From Marsupella aquatica (Eukaryota > Plantae > Marchantiophyta), in the NCBI GenBank assembly GCA_973895155.1, contig OZ316898.1, positions 19,293,292 through 19,357,291 of the forward strand: DNA of 64,000 bases, read 5' to 3'. Position 1 is the stretch's first letter; each line of letters begins with the position of its first letter. Shown here piece after piece: positions 49,870 through 61,966 of the stretch. The notes under the pieces are model-generated. The model had not been told where the DNA came from, did no database searches, and worked only from the letters and a program-made list of their open reading frames with translations. The translations under genes were made by a program, and so were the position numbers.

Positions 49870-50460
49870 CTACTCGAAGGTGATGCCACTCATGAAGCAG
49901 GCGGCCGCGCCTGTATCCACCAACGCAACACCCAGATTATCGTTAGAACTTGTGACATTCACAAAAATTGGCTTGTTAGGATTTATAGTCATAACCTTAC
50001 GTAATTTCTCTCACAACAACACCTTCTCTTTGACAGGCATATCCCCTACAGGGACCTCATCAACTACTAAGGGTTCGGTCAGAGCAATACTTACATTATT
50101 GCCCTTTTGTCCTCCATCTCCGCTCGGCTTGCCACCTTTGGTGGCACAATCCTTACTTCAATGATGACCCATGGCGCCACACGTGAATCACTATAAAGTT
50201 GTGCAGTTGTGTATGTAGGGTCTCTTGCCCCGTCGGGATACACACCAACTGGTTTGATAATAAGTGATGAGATTTTGGATATCACCCCTAAAGCTCATTT
50301 ACCAAGACTTGTACCAAGTCAAGGCATAGTTCTCCTAGGTATTTTGGTTAGAGCATTACTTAATGCCCTTCTGCCCTCCATCTTCGCTCGGCTTGCCACC
50401 TTTGGTGGAACAATCCTTACTTTGATGACCCATGGCGCCACACGTGAATCACTATAAAGT
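49870..50460 (-). pseudogene. LTR-retrotransposon gag zinc knuckle + aspartic protease remnant
   Basis: Minus-strand translation gives *FTCGAMGHQSKDC (duplicated, ~50410-50450 and ~50145-50190), followed by PIFVNV..GVALVDTGAAACFMS (D at 49917-49915), with stops. Confidence 0.7.
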
Positions 50461-50540
50461 TGTGCAGTTGTGTATGTAGTGTCTCTTGCCCCGTCGGGAT
50501 ACACACCAACTGGTTTTGATAATAAGTGATTATCATTTGG

Positions 50541-50957
50541 ATATCACCCCTAAAGCTCATTTACGTTACACATCTCTAAGCGTGCCGCTCTAGGTACTTA
50601 GTGGTGACATGAGCACAAAGACCCTCAACTAGGTTTTCCCAAGTTAACGGCAAGGAGGAGTCCTCTTGCGACTTCTTCCAAGACTTGTACGGTCAAGTCA
50701 AGGCATAGTCCTCCCAGTTTTGGGTATCACCCCTAAAGCTCATTTACGTTACACATTTCTATTAAGCGTGCCGCTCTAGGTACTTAGTGGTGACATGAGC
50801 ACGAAGACCCTCAACTAGGTTTTCCCAAGTTAACGGCAAGGAGTCCTCTTGAAACTTCTTCCAAGACTTGTACCAAGTCAAGGCATAGTTCTCCCAGTTT
50901 TGGGTATCACCCCTAAAGCTCATTTACGTTACACATCTCTAAGCGTGCCGCTCTAGG
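50541..50957. repeat. Tandem repeat, ~180-bp unit, ~2.3 copies
   Basis: TATCACCCCTAAAGCTCATTTACGTTACACAT at ~50542, ~50725 and ~50905. Confidence 0.85.
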
Positions 50958-51325
50958 GTTCGGTTAGAGCAATACTAACATAATAATTACCAATCAAGGT
51001 ATAGTTCTCCTAGGTATGCGAAACCCTATCGCATCATTCACATGATAGGCCCACAAAGATAATACGGTTTAGGTGGTGTTGGAGACACCCACGTAAACCC
51101 ACAAGTAAATGGGCGTGGGCAACAGCTACCATGTTAGCCGAATCAAGAAATTTGTCCAAGACAATGATCCCAACCGAGATCAAGTCTTGCGTTTGGACAC
51201 TATGCTGGTGGAGGACGCTAGTGATCTAATGAATTATATAGGTTTAATACTCAGTCAATATAAAGATATATTTGTATATATATATATATGTATATATTAA
51301 AAAAAAATTCTTCATGTTCTTTACA

Positions 51326-53177
51326 AAGTGAGGATCTTTGTTGCAATTCAAAATTGTAATGACAAAAAGCAATTCAAACATGGCTATGATTTGGAGTTGG
51401 TCCGGATTTGAAGCACACTAAACCGTCTTAAAGGACCGCAACAGAGTAAATGCCAAATTAAATAGCAAAAAGTTATATTAGAAAATAGCAAGGATTTTAG
51501 GGTTCAAGAATCATGTTAGGGACCACACAAAAAGCAGGAAGAACTTGAAGTCAGGAGACAGCAAACCTGTATGTAGAAGCGCTGTTTAACTTATTCGGAG
51601 CTTCTCTTCTCTAGGTAACTTGAAAACTCACGTCCAACTTCCCGAACACCATTAAGTAAGTCGGCCGACACACCATGCCCTTTCTGCAAGAAGACTTGTG
51701 TGAGTACCAAACAAACTTTCCATTATATAAAGTGTCCACCTCTATAAGTTACACTAACTAGGCCTCTTACCCAAGACTCGTTGAAACTAGAGATATGAAG
51801 AAAGAAAAAGCTTGCACGGAAACAATTCTAAGTATGCTTTAATTTGGGTTCATCTTTGCCCATCTAGAACTTCTTTGTCCACCCTCCCCCATACTGTTTT
51901 TTTGAAAGTCAGGAGACATCAAACCTGTATGTAGAAGCGCTGTTTAACTTATTCGGAGCTTCTCTTCTCTAGGTAACTTGAAAACTCACGTCCAACTTCC
52001 TGAACACCATTTAGTAAGTCGGCCGACACACCATGACCTTTCTGCAAAAATTGTGTGAGTACCAAACAAACTTTCCATTAGATAAAGTGTCCACCTCTAT
52101 AAGTTACATTAACTAGGCCTCTTATCCAAGACTCGTTGAAATTAGAGATATGAAGAAAGAAAAGCTTGCACGGAAACAATTCTAAGTATGCTTTAATTTG
52201 GGTTCATCTTTGCCCATCTAGTTCTTTGTCCACCCTGCCCCATACTGTTTTTTTTGTTTATCTTCATTTTTTAAGTTGTGTGATTATTAAAGACTCATTA
52301 TCAGTTTTGTCTTTATTGGGAGTTGCCAACTCTAGACCATAGGCCTTAAGTAGCTTTGCAAATTATTAGTAAGATAGCTTAGCCTATAAAATACATCTCA
52401 CATAAAATTGTGACTCATTTAAGTTTATTTCAGGTGTCAATCTAATTTCATGTTGTTTACGAAGTGAGGATCTTTGTTGCAATTCAAAATTGTAATGACA
52501 AAACACAATTCAGACATGGCTATGATTTGGAATTGGTCCGGATTCGAAGCAAACTAAACCGTCTTAAAAGGACCGCAACAAAGTAAATGCCAAATTAAAA
52601 AACCAAATTATATTAGAAAATAGCAAGGAGTTTAGCGTTCAATAATCATGTTAGGGACCACACAAAAAGCAGGAAGAACTTGATGTCAGGAGACAGCAAA
52701 CCTGTATGTAGAAGTGCTGTTTAACTTATCCGGAGCTTCACTTCTCTAGGTAACTTGAAAACTCACATCCAACTTCCCGAACATTAAGTAAGTCAGCTTA
52801 CACAGCATGCCCTTTCTGCAAGAAGACTTGTGTGAGTATCAAACAAACTTTCCATTAGATAAAGTGTCCACCTGTAGTAAGTTACACTAACTAGGCCTCT
52901 TACCCAAGGTTCCTTGAAAGTAGAGATATGTAGAAAGAAAGAGCTTGCACGCAAACAATTCTAAGTATGCTTTAATTTGGGTTCATCTTTGCCCATATAG
53001 TTCTTTGTTCACCCTCCCCCATACTGTTTTTTTTGTTTATCTTCATTTTTTAAGTTGTGTGATTATTAAAGACTCATTATCAGTTTTGTCTTTATTGGGA
53101 GTTGCTAACTCTAGACCATAGGCCTTACGTAGCTTTGAAAATTATTAGTAAGATAGCCTAGCCTATAAAATACATCT
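51326..53177. repeat. Nested tandem duplications (51326-52398 vs 52462-53177; internal ~360-bp unit present 3 times)
   Basis: GTCAGGAGACA.CAAACCTGTATGTAGAAG at ~51550, ~51908 and ~52686; AAGTGAGGATCTTTGTTGCAATTC at ~51326 and ~52462. Confidence 0.9.
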
Positions 53178-56100
53178 GACTATAAATTTCAGTCTAATTA
53201 TAGGCTCTAAGTATGGGTAGGGTTTCTCTACATGCAGATTGCTACTGTCTGTAATGATTCTGGCCTCCTTGAAATAAGGATTTGTCCTATGCTGTGATAT
53301 GGCAGCAGCCCAAGTTGTATTAAAGAACTGCTGTCGTGTGTTACTCCTTTTTAGTTCGCCGGGTGTTTAGCCATTGAGTTCTTGTACTAGGACTGAATGT
53401 GTTTACTATTTTGAAGTTGAGTTGTGATCATCTGCTCTCCTTTCAAGATCAGTCTCGATTACCAAAAACCTTCGGCTCGCAGGAACTCGACTGTGATGCA
53501 TTACAATGACTTTTTTGGGCCAGCTTAATTGAGACGATTGTTCATTTGCTCTCCTTTCAAGATTGGCTTGTGGGAGGTCGCTAAGTTCAAGGCTATAGAA
53601 TCTCAATACATGGAGGCATTTCAACTGTAGCTATTTGATGTATAGTATAAGTTAGTTTCCTTGCTTGTGAAGGAAAAAAATGGTGAATGCCCTAATCATA
53701 GGCGCTTTGGTGTAAGTCTTGGCCAAACTACTTGACACTGAACATGAATTTTGAGGTGCCAGTTTAGGGACATCATTGCAATTGCCAAGTGGACGTCGTC
53801 AGCAAGTTTTGCTATAAATGATTGTGAAAGTGTATGTTGCTGACTTCAATTCCTGAAAGCACATGATATTACAGTCCCCAAGGGCAAAGAGTCTATTATT
53901 GAGCACTGACTCCATGCTGAGGACAAGATCGTTCCTAACTTGACTCCACATATTTACAGTTCTTGCCCGAGAATGACAATTAATTACTCAGTGTGTTTGA
54001 CAAGGAGGTGCTCATAAGAAAGTTGACCTTGTTCGATCGATCTGCTTTTGCCTTTTTCTTCTGCTCAGGTCGCTGCCTTACAGCTCTTCTCTGCCCCGAT
54101 CGTGTATGGCCCACTCGAACAAAAAAATCTATCTGGAAAAACATGGTGGGAAATCTTAGGGCGCAGTAAAGTTAAGAGCCACCAACAAAGGTAAGGGCCG
54201 AATGTGTATCTGTAAGGAGTCTCTAGAGCAGAATGATGCAGATTATAAGTGACTCTAAATTCTCACGCGACATTGATATCTTATTTATTAATGCTTTGTG
54301 ACATGATTCCAACTAGTTTCAATTCAACACCAATTTTGGTCGACATGGATTGGCTTCCAATCGAAGTGTTGCCTGCTGCTCAAAATTAATCTAATATCCA
54401 CAAACTTGAGTCGAAAGCAGATTGAAAAAGTTACAAAACAAAGGCAAAGCCGATCATTTTATTAAACAAGGAAATTAAACAGTGAAGTCCTGATTGGAAT
54501 TTGGAACACAAAACTAAACTTCCCTACTGCTTTGCGCAATTCAGCACACGGCAGGGGAGATGAAACGAGGTTTTTCAATGTGCAGAATTGTAAACCGACC
54601 TTTACTCCTCTTCAATGCCGACAGTAAATTTCTATGCTCACAATCAGACATTGGGTTTAGTCTATGGAAACATCAAACTCAATCAGCAAGAACTGGTGAG
54701 ACTAGGGACCTCCACTACAAACCGCGGTTAGTAACATGCTGTGTAAAAGTAATTAACTGGAACTGCACTCACACGTTTTGTGAACACAATCAATCAAAGG
54801 TCAATATTTAATATATAGTTGACATTGGCGATTGCATTTTCCCGATTTTGTTTCTCTCCTGCAGCTTTCGGAAGAGCTAATTAAGGTCGAGAAGGTTCCG
54901 TAATTTCTCGAGTCCTAATTTTGAGTACTGTCTGACTTGGCTTGTTTGTTCTCACTCAAATTCATCTCATCACAAGGCTCTGGGTGAATTGTCATTCAAA
55001 GAATCATGTTCCAGACAAAAGAATTGAAGGAAGGTTTACGCAGGAACAGGATGAACTCCGGGTCCGTGTGGCCGATTTAGAAAAGAAGCTACAAGAGCGC
55101 ACGCAAGAACTGATCGAGGGAATCAGAAAGTTCTCGTACAGCAGAAAGTGCAAAATTTGGTATATTGCAGACCAAGATGAAGGAGTTGGAAAAGCGTTGA
55201 GAAACATATGTAAGCTTTTGGTCGATCTCCACGCGCGTCCGTCATACTTGACGAGATGTTTTCATCTTCAGACTCAGGAGTAAATGGAAACATTACTTAA
55301 TTACTGTTGAAAGGAAGGCAGAAGGGGAAGATTTAATTGACATGCTTTCATCTCGGACTTCGGAGCAAATGGAGTGCGGTAAACAAAAGAAATACCGAAA
55401 GCAGCAGGCGTACAATAAATCGACATGTTCTCGAATCAAACATCGCACAAAGGTGAATCTACTGCTAAAATGCGTCACCAGGCCATGCCCTGCGTAAGCA
55501 ATTACCTCCCCTGTCATGCATGGCTACTGTCCTCTCCTGTCGTGTATAGATTAGAGTTTTGACCTGCATTCGTTGCTAGTCAATGTCCTTATCGATGTCC
55601 TTATCGATGCTCTTATCGATGTCCTTATCGATTCTCTTTGCTTCTCCTTCTTTTTGCTCGATCTATTTGTTTCTGATTAAGATGTGTTGCGCCTCTTTTC
55701 TGTCCTCGATCAGTTCTCATTTTTGCTTTCTTCATTCGGCTTCTGATCGTTTTTGATTTTGTTTCTTCAGCATTCCTCTTTACTTTGCACTTCAAGAGGC
55801 AAAACTCCTTTCGAGCTTTCCTCTTTTTTCATTACTTTCATCAAAAGCCTTCCTCCCTTTCGAAATGTTGATGTGCTTCTTTTGTTCTGATGGTTTTATT
55901 TCGGCAGTTACATAGGAATACGGTTACTGTTTAAGTTGATCACTATTTACTTTTACAAAAAAACATTTATAAATTTAAGTAAAGAGAATATGGGTGAATG
56001 TTTTTAATCTCGCCCTTTGTATCAATAGATTTGGATGAATTACTTTTAATTACTTTTACATTATGTTTTGACGGCATGGCGTCCATAAAATTACACGAAA

Positions 56101-57264
56101 AGCGACGTAAACAAGATGGAGAGGAGTTTATTCGTTGCGCAAACATGACCATTCTTGTTTGTTGCGGTTGTTGCTGACGTGGCACGCTGTGGTGCCAGGA
56201 ATTTTGGAAGGAACCTCTAGTGGGGTCCGTAAGTACTCGTTGGGAGTAGGAAGGTCAGCCACTGAACAACAGTAGCATAAAGTATGGAAAGCTTGGCTGC
56301 CCAAAACAGCCTTGTATACCTTGGAATAAAGTCTGCTGATCTTAGCATACCTTCCATGGCCAAGCGAACCTTCCATGTGTCCAGACGATTGTACCTGCAG
56401 GTATCAGAGATGGTAGCCGCAGGTGCCAAAGAAATTCATAATCCATGGTTGATGTTTTGGGGAAGGGTTTATTATGACCTGTATAAATATACACTAGGGT
56501 GTTCAGCAGCAATCGGAAGGTTACGCTGTGCTTTGCTGTGGGATTGAAAATAATCTATAAAAATAGCACCCAAACCCATTGGTTCATGGTTTTATCTTAA
56601 GTACTGCTTATCTTAAGTACTACTTCCCTTGTAGAAGTATTTAAAAACCTGAAACGAATGAATATGGGCAGGGAATATAGGAGTCAGAAGTGCTAAATAC
56701 TTCATACATAAATTATATATGTATTTTCAAACAAAAGTATATTGAAATGTTTCTAGACAGTACATCTAGTGGACTGACGAATAAAGTTGTACAATATATT
56801 ATAATTAAAAAATGGAAAATACTAATGTGACAGGTCCTGGGAAAGGGTTACAGGGACAAGGGACACCATCAAGTATATTTGGAAGTTAATGGCTAGTTTA
56901 GGGTTTATCTTTCATTAGAGGGGCCCATCAAGTATTTTGCTGCACGACCTAGTGAAGAATGGTTGTCAACTTCACATAGTCACTATTCAAGTGAGCTATC
57001 ACACAACCATGTCTCTCTCATGCTCTCCAAGCATGGGATGGTTTGACACTCCAGACTCTAGTGAAGAATGGTTGTCAGTCAGCTCAGAGCCAATGCCACA
57101 ACTGTAGTCTGCCGGTTGTCAGTCAGTTCAGAGCCAATTCCACAACTGTAGTCTGCATGTCAGACATGAGTGTCTCTAAATTTGGCAGTCTGGTTGGAGC
57201 TTCTTCACGATATTTTCTGAAACCTGCACTGACAAGGCTAATGTCTTGTGCAGGTTCGAGGAGA

Positions 57265-57437
57265 TGCTAGAAATATTCCCTGTATTTCAATTTCTTTAGA
57301 AACATTAGCCAGAAACAATAGCCTTGGCAGATGTTATCTTGTGTGAAGGAGGAGATGCTAGAAATATTCCCTATATTTCAATTTCTTTAGAAACATAAGC
57401 CTTGGCAAATGTTATCTTGTGTGGAAGGAGGAGATGC
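57265..57437. repeat. Tandem duplication, ~90 bp
   Basis: GGAGATGCTAGAAATATTCCCT.TATTTCAATTTCTTTAGAAACAT occurs twice. Confidence 0.8.
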
Positions 57438-58841
57438 AGATGCTGAATCTTCTATATTTAGTTTCATAAATTTATTGCCAGGTACATCTCTAGATTATGG
57501 AGAGCCGTCAGATTGTGGCTAGTAGGCCTTGTGACTGAGGCGGAGACTAACCAATGAGACCCAAAAACTCTGGCTGCTTTTTGCAGCTACAACAAGGTTG
57601 CTGGACGAGACTGTGAAAATGGGGAGGCCACATTGTCATGAGTGTTCTCTGCTCAGCCATTTTTGTCCACCTATCTTACTTGGCAAGTGTTCTGGCTTGC
57701 AATACAATGAAACAAAATAGTTCTTTCCGCACAATTCACCAAACCTTTATCTAGCTATGTGGGTTCATACCACATCAACAATTCTCCTTAAATCTAGGTT
57801 AATTGAATGGTTCACATGCATGCATCAGAAATGTTATGACAGAACTACATCCCAGGGGAGGAGAGCAGTTGCCACTCACGCTACTGAAACATGTCTGAGC
57901 TTCCTTAGTAACCTTCTGACGAATTGAAACTCTCAATTGCAATTGTGCTTGCATGCACATAACAGGATCTGAGGATGCAAAATTGCAAATACTAATGTGG
58001 ACCACAAAAACGGTACAGGAGGCACTGACCTGACACTAGCGTATTATTAGAGAAATTGACTGCTCTATGGGGATCAATTTCCTCTCTTCATGATTAAGTT
58101 CCCAGAGCTACCTGTAAACAGAGTGATAACTAGTGGAATGCTAGATCCAAAGAAGATGTTCGCTAGCTTAGCTGGCTGGTTGGCAAATCAAATTCCTTTC
58201 CTAATCTCCTCTATATGCCTGGGATAAATCTCGTTTACCCCAGATTGAGGCAATTGTATCGACCATCGTCTGCTGGTATGATGAAATCATTCCTCCACTG
58301 TTTTCTTCTCAATGGTGTGATCTATTCATGAACATTTCTGGCTAAAAAGCCTTTAGATGAACCTGAAGGTATCGGTACTTCTTCACTTTGACATGTACAT
58401 TTGATCAGGGGCTCGTGGGGGTTGATCATAAATATGCCGCACACCAGCATAGCCTGTTTGTAGGCACAATTCGTTACAAAGAATACTATCGTTAGCAGCA
58501 GTACTGTTGCACCCACAAAAGATTGATGGAAACTGCTCCACGACAAATAATTAGTTGTGTTGTGATCTGAAGTCCGAAAGCGGATATGAAGTCAACCACA
58601 AGAGAGCTATAAGGGAAAACACAACAGGACCATGCAAATTGTGCCATAGGACCGACAGGGTACAAAGACAAGGGGAAATCAGAGAGTTTGATACTCGTGC
58701 TAGATATGGTCTCCTACTTTGTGGATCAATGAACATATGTAGACCGTAACTAGCAAGAAGACCAACTCTCTGTCTGTGATTTTCTAAACTGGGTGCCAAT
58801 TAGAAGTGAGATGAGATGAGATTCGAGAGATGTGAGATGAG

Positions 58842-61204
58842 TCAGCAGGCCGCACCGAGTTTTGGGTCAATGTTACGGTTGTCAAGCTCTCGATAGACTT
58901 GTAAGATGGAGCAGACTGGGCAACAGCAATCCGTCAGGCAATCTCCACACGGTTCCGCCGGTAGACCAAACTTTTGCCTCAGCCGAGCTCGGTAGCCACA
59001 AGTGTAGAGGAAACCACATCCAGTCACGAGCTGTAAGATCGTATATACCGTCCCAGCTGTGACGCACGCTGTTCGTTCCAGACAAACCATTCCAGCAATT
59101 ATGTTAGTATTTGATGTTCTCTTCACAAACACCCAAAGCGATGACTCTGTCTTCTTGCAATGACGACATCGCTGTTAATGAAACGAAATCGCAAAAGATG
59201 AGGTTGTCCATTTCCAAGCGCAGAGGTAAGGAAACGAAAAGATCACCGACAGTCAAGGTGACACAAATTGTAGTGACAGTGAGCATGGAGAAAGATAAGA
59301 ACTTTTCTCTTCCACGAGATCTGAACTAACAAAATTGGCCAATAGCGATAATAGACTATCAAGGCAGCCAGTAAAGAAACAAACCAGAGGTGTAGGTCAT
59401 GTTAACTGAACAACACTAGACAGACACGTTCATCAGCAAACATGGAATACCGACTGGTTGAGCAGGTTAGGTTCAACTAGTGATCAGATTCAATAATCTT
59501 AATACGCGTCTTGTCGACTGTCAAATCGAAGGTTTTCTCCACTGGCCAAGAACTGACTGCTGCAGTAATCGAATAAGTAAGTGGAATTACACGGCCATCA
59601 ATCTGCAACACGACGCGACAAAATCTCTCTGATAACCTCTGATAGTCTTTAACCTAAGATTAGGCGAGGTGCAGGTGAATCTTCCTATGCCAATTAGGTA
59701 GCAGAGACCTGACAGGCCATGGAGCCGGTTCAGGCAAGGCTAACGTAGAGAAGGTCCTCCATTGAATGGATGGGCTCATGGGGGCCTTCCGACTAGGTAC
59801 AGCCAAGGGGTTTAAGCTGCAGCCCCTAATTCTGCTTTTGCGTTCTCTGCACAACTACCTACAGGAGTTGCCATCCCATCTCATTTTCTAACACCAAGGC
59901 TTTGCCGGGACGCATAAATATGAATTCCATACCAGAACAATGGGTGGATTCAGTCATCCGTCTCTCTAACAGTGTGAGAGAGAAAAGTCAGGGGCAACTT
60001 ACTAGTGGCGCCTTCATCGAGGATTTCAGCATAGCGTCCAATCACGATACAAGGACAGCACATTCCACACCAACCTGCAAAAGTTGACAAGAAGGGCCAG
60101 GTCCGTCAACAGATTGAATTTCAATGTCCTGCTCCACATCTTTAGAAGCCAAACCGGGGCTAATAATCACCATTAATTGAATCCCTTGTTGTCACCTCAT
60201 CCTGGTAGATCAAGAGAGACTGGACCTTTGTCCCTAGCCTTGCCAATTTCACAATCTGCTGCACTCAGCTTGAAGTACACACACAATAGCAAGAGAATTG
60301 GATGTCAAAGACTCATAGGGTGCTGCCAGAACAGGCGTAACCCTCCCAACCATTTGTTTTAACTTATCACGGGTGAAATGGTGATGACTAGAACATTTAC
60401 CTGGTCGAGCGCCAAAAGATCAATTTTCTCAACTGTTACAAGTGAAGACTTTCAGTCCCGCAACACAACGGTTCTCATTTCTCTTCATTGTTGCCGGGTC
60501 GTTTGGGTTTCCTTTACCTACCTTAATTATACTTGTTTGTTCTGCTCACTACTACATTCTCAAAAAACTGAAGCTGATCGACAAGCGAACAAGACGAACA
60601 TCTGTTTTTCAATATGATTACATGATAGAGCAGCTCGGTCATCTACACAGAGCCGATTGCAGTTTGTGCGAAGCCATGGACATGACTTTCTATGCTTGGT
60701 TCTACTTTCACAACATTTTTTGAGTAATTCTGTTCTGTAAAAATTCACAATTCCGCTCTTATTATAATCTTGAGCGATGTCCTTTCCGAAACTGTCGAAA
60801 CAAGCTTTCGTACAAGAATCAGTATGACAAGGACATCTAGGCTCACGCCATAGATAGTTTCGAGTTATATATTGCCAATAACTCCGCCCCAACCACGCCC
60901 GCAATCGAGTCACCAGGTCAGAGCGCGCGGATGTGGACCGTACACTCAGCCGTTCTCAATGAACGTCATGAACTCCTTCCACAGACTGGATATCTAATCT
61001 ACCTAGCAACAGATCTTCCGTGACGATGAAGTCCGTCACCTCATTCTCGGAATCTACTAAAAGCGTTTACAAAGAGGGGGATGCCCTGAAAAAAATTGAA
61101 AGGGAGAGAGGAAGAGAAAACGACATACATGATGGACAGTCTTCGAAGCAACCACACAAGCCCGTGGTCCATCGCCCGCTGTCTGGAGGCGCAAAGTTCG
61201 CCAT
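58842..61204 (-). CDS. PLAC8-family (plant cadmium resistance / cell number regulator-like) gene; exon 61204-61129 and exon from 59068; middle exon not identified, may be a pseudogene
   Basis: WTTGLCGCFEDCPS, then YTCGYRARLRQKFGLPAEPCGDCLTDCCCPVCSILQVYRELDNR. Confidence 0.75.
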
Positions 61205-61619
61205 GGATGCTCGCTCGCTCGCCTGCCTGCCGGCTAGCTCGATCCCTGCTCCTTGCGAGGTGAAACCCGACCTTGTTAGCGAGCTATGTCTCGGACCTTC
61301 CAGACATTTCTTTCGACCCAAAACCGACCCACAGAGAATGATGTAAATTGAGTTCACAAACGGACGAACAGTTGGGTACAGAATACCGATCAGCTGTTAC
61401 GATTGCTTCAGAAGGATCATAAATTAATAAGTCGTCCTCGCTTGATAAATGACAGCAAGCAGCTCATAAGATGTCTGCTGGCTCAGAGTGACGACGAAGT
61501 CAGATTCAGAAGGGAACGCGTTTGTACTCCATCAGTGTACTAGACTAGACAACGTTATTTAAGGCGGACGAGGTTTCGTAGGAAACTCATATATATCGTC
61601 TCGTCATTCAGAACACTTG

Positions 61620-61966
61620 TCTTTCTCTTAACGCACGCTAAGTGAGTGAGAACCCTGGATAACTGCAAGGTGTACCGTTCTTTCCTTGTTTTCATGAACT
61701 TTGCACTTTTTGTAAGTACACGGAAAAAATAACTCAAGTTGAAGGACAGCTATTAAAGACTACAATAACATGTTGCGTCACACTTGTCATTCAGTACTCT
61801 TGACTTTCTCTTAACGCACGCTCGATGAGCGAAAACCCTAAATAACTGCAAGATGTCCCGTTCTTTCCTTGTTTTCACGAAGTTTGCACTTTTTGTAAGT
61901 ACACGGAAAAAATAACTTAAGTTGAAGGACAACTATTAAAAACTTCAGTAACATGTTGCGTCACAC
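61620..61966. repeat. Tandem duplication, ~185 bp
   Basis: TTTCTCTTAACGCACGCT..TTTGCACTTTTTGTAAGTACACGGAAAAAATAACT..CATGTTGCGTCACACTT occurs twice. Confidence 0.85.

Larger units (their letters stand above)
44163..56942. mobile_element. TIR DNA transposon with ~300-bp TIRs (possibly MULE-type; no DDE transposase seen), 12.8 kb
   Basis: CAGCAAAATACTTGATGGG.CCCCTCTAATGAAAGATA at 44163 is the reverse complement of the sequence ending at 56942. Flanks CACTACCTAG (44153-44162) and CACGACCTAG (56943-56952) reconstruct the satellite unit GACACTACCTAGTGAAGAA seen at 44083. Confidence 0.8.
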
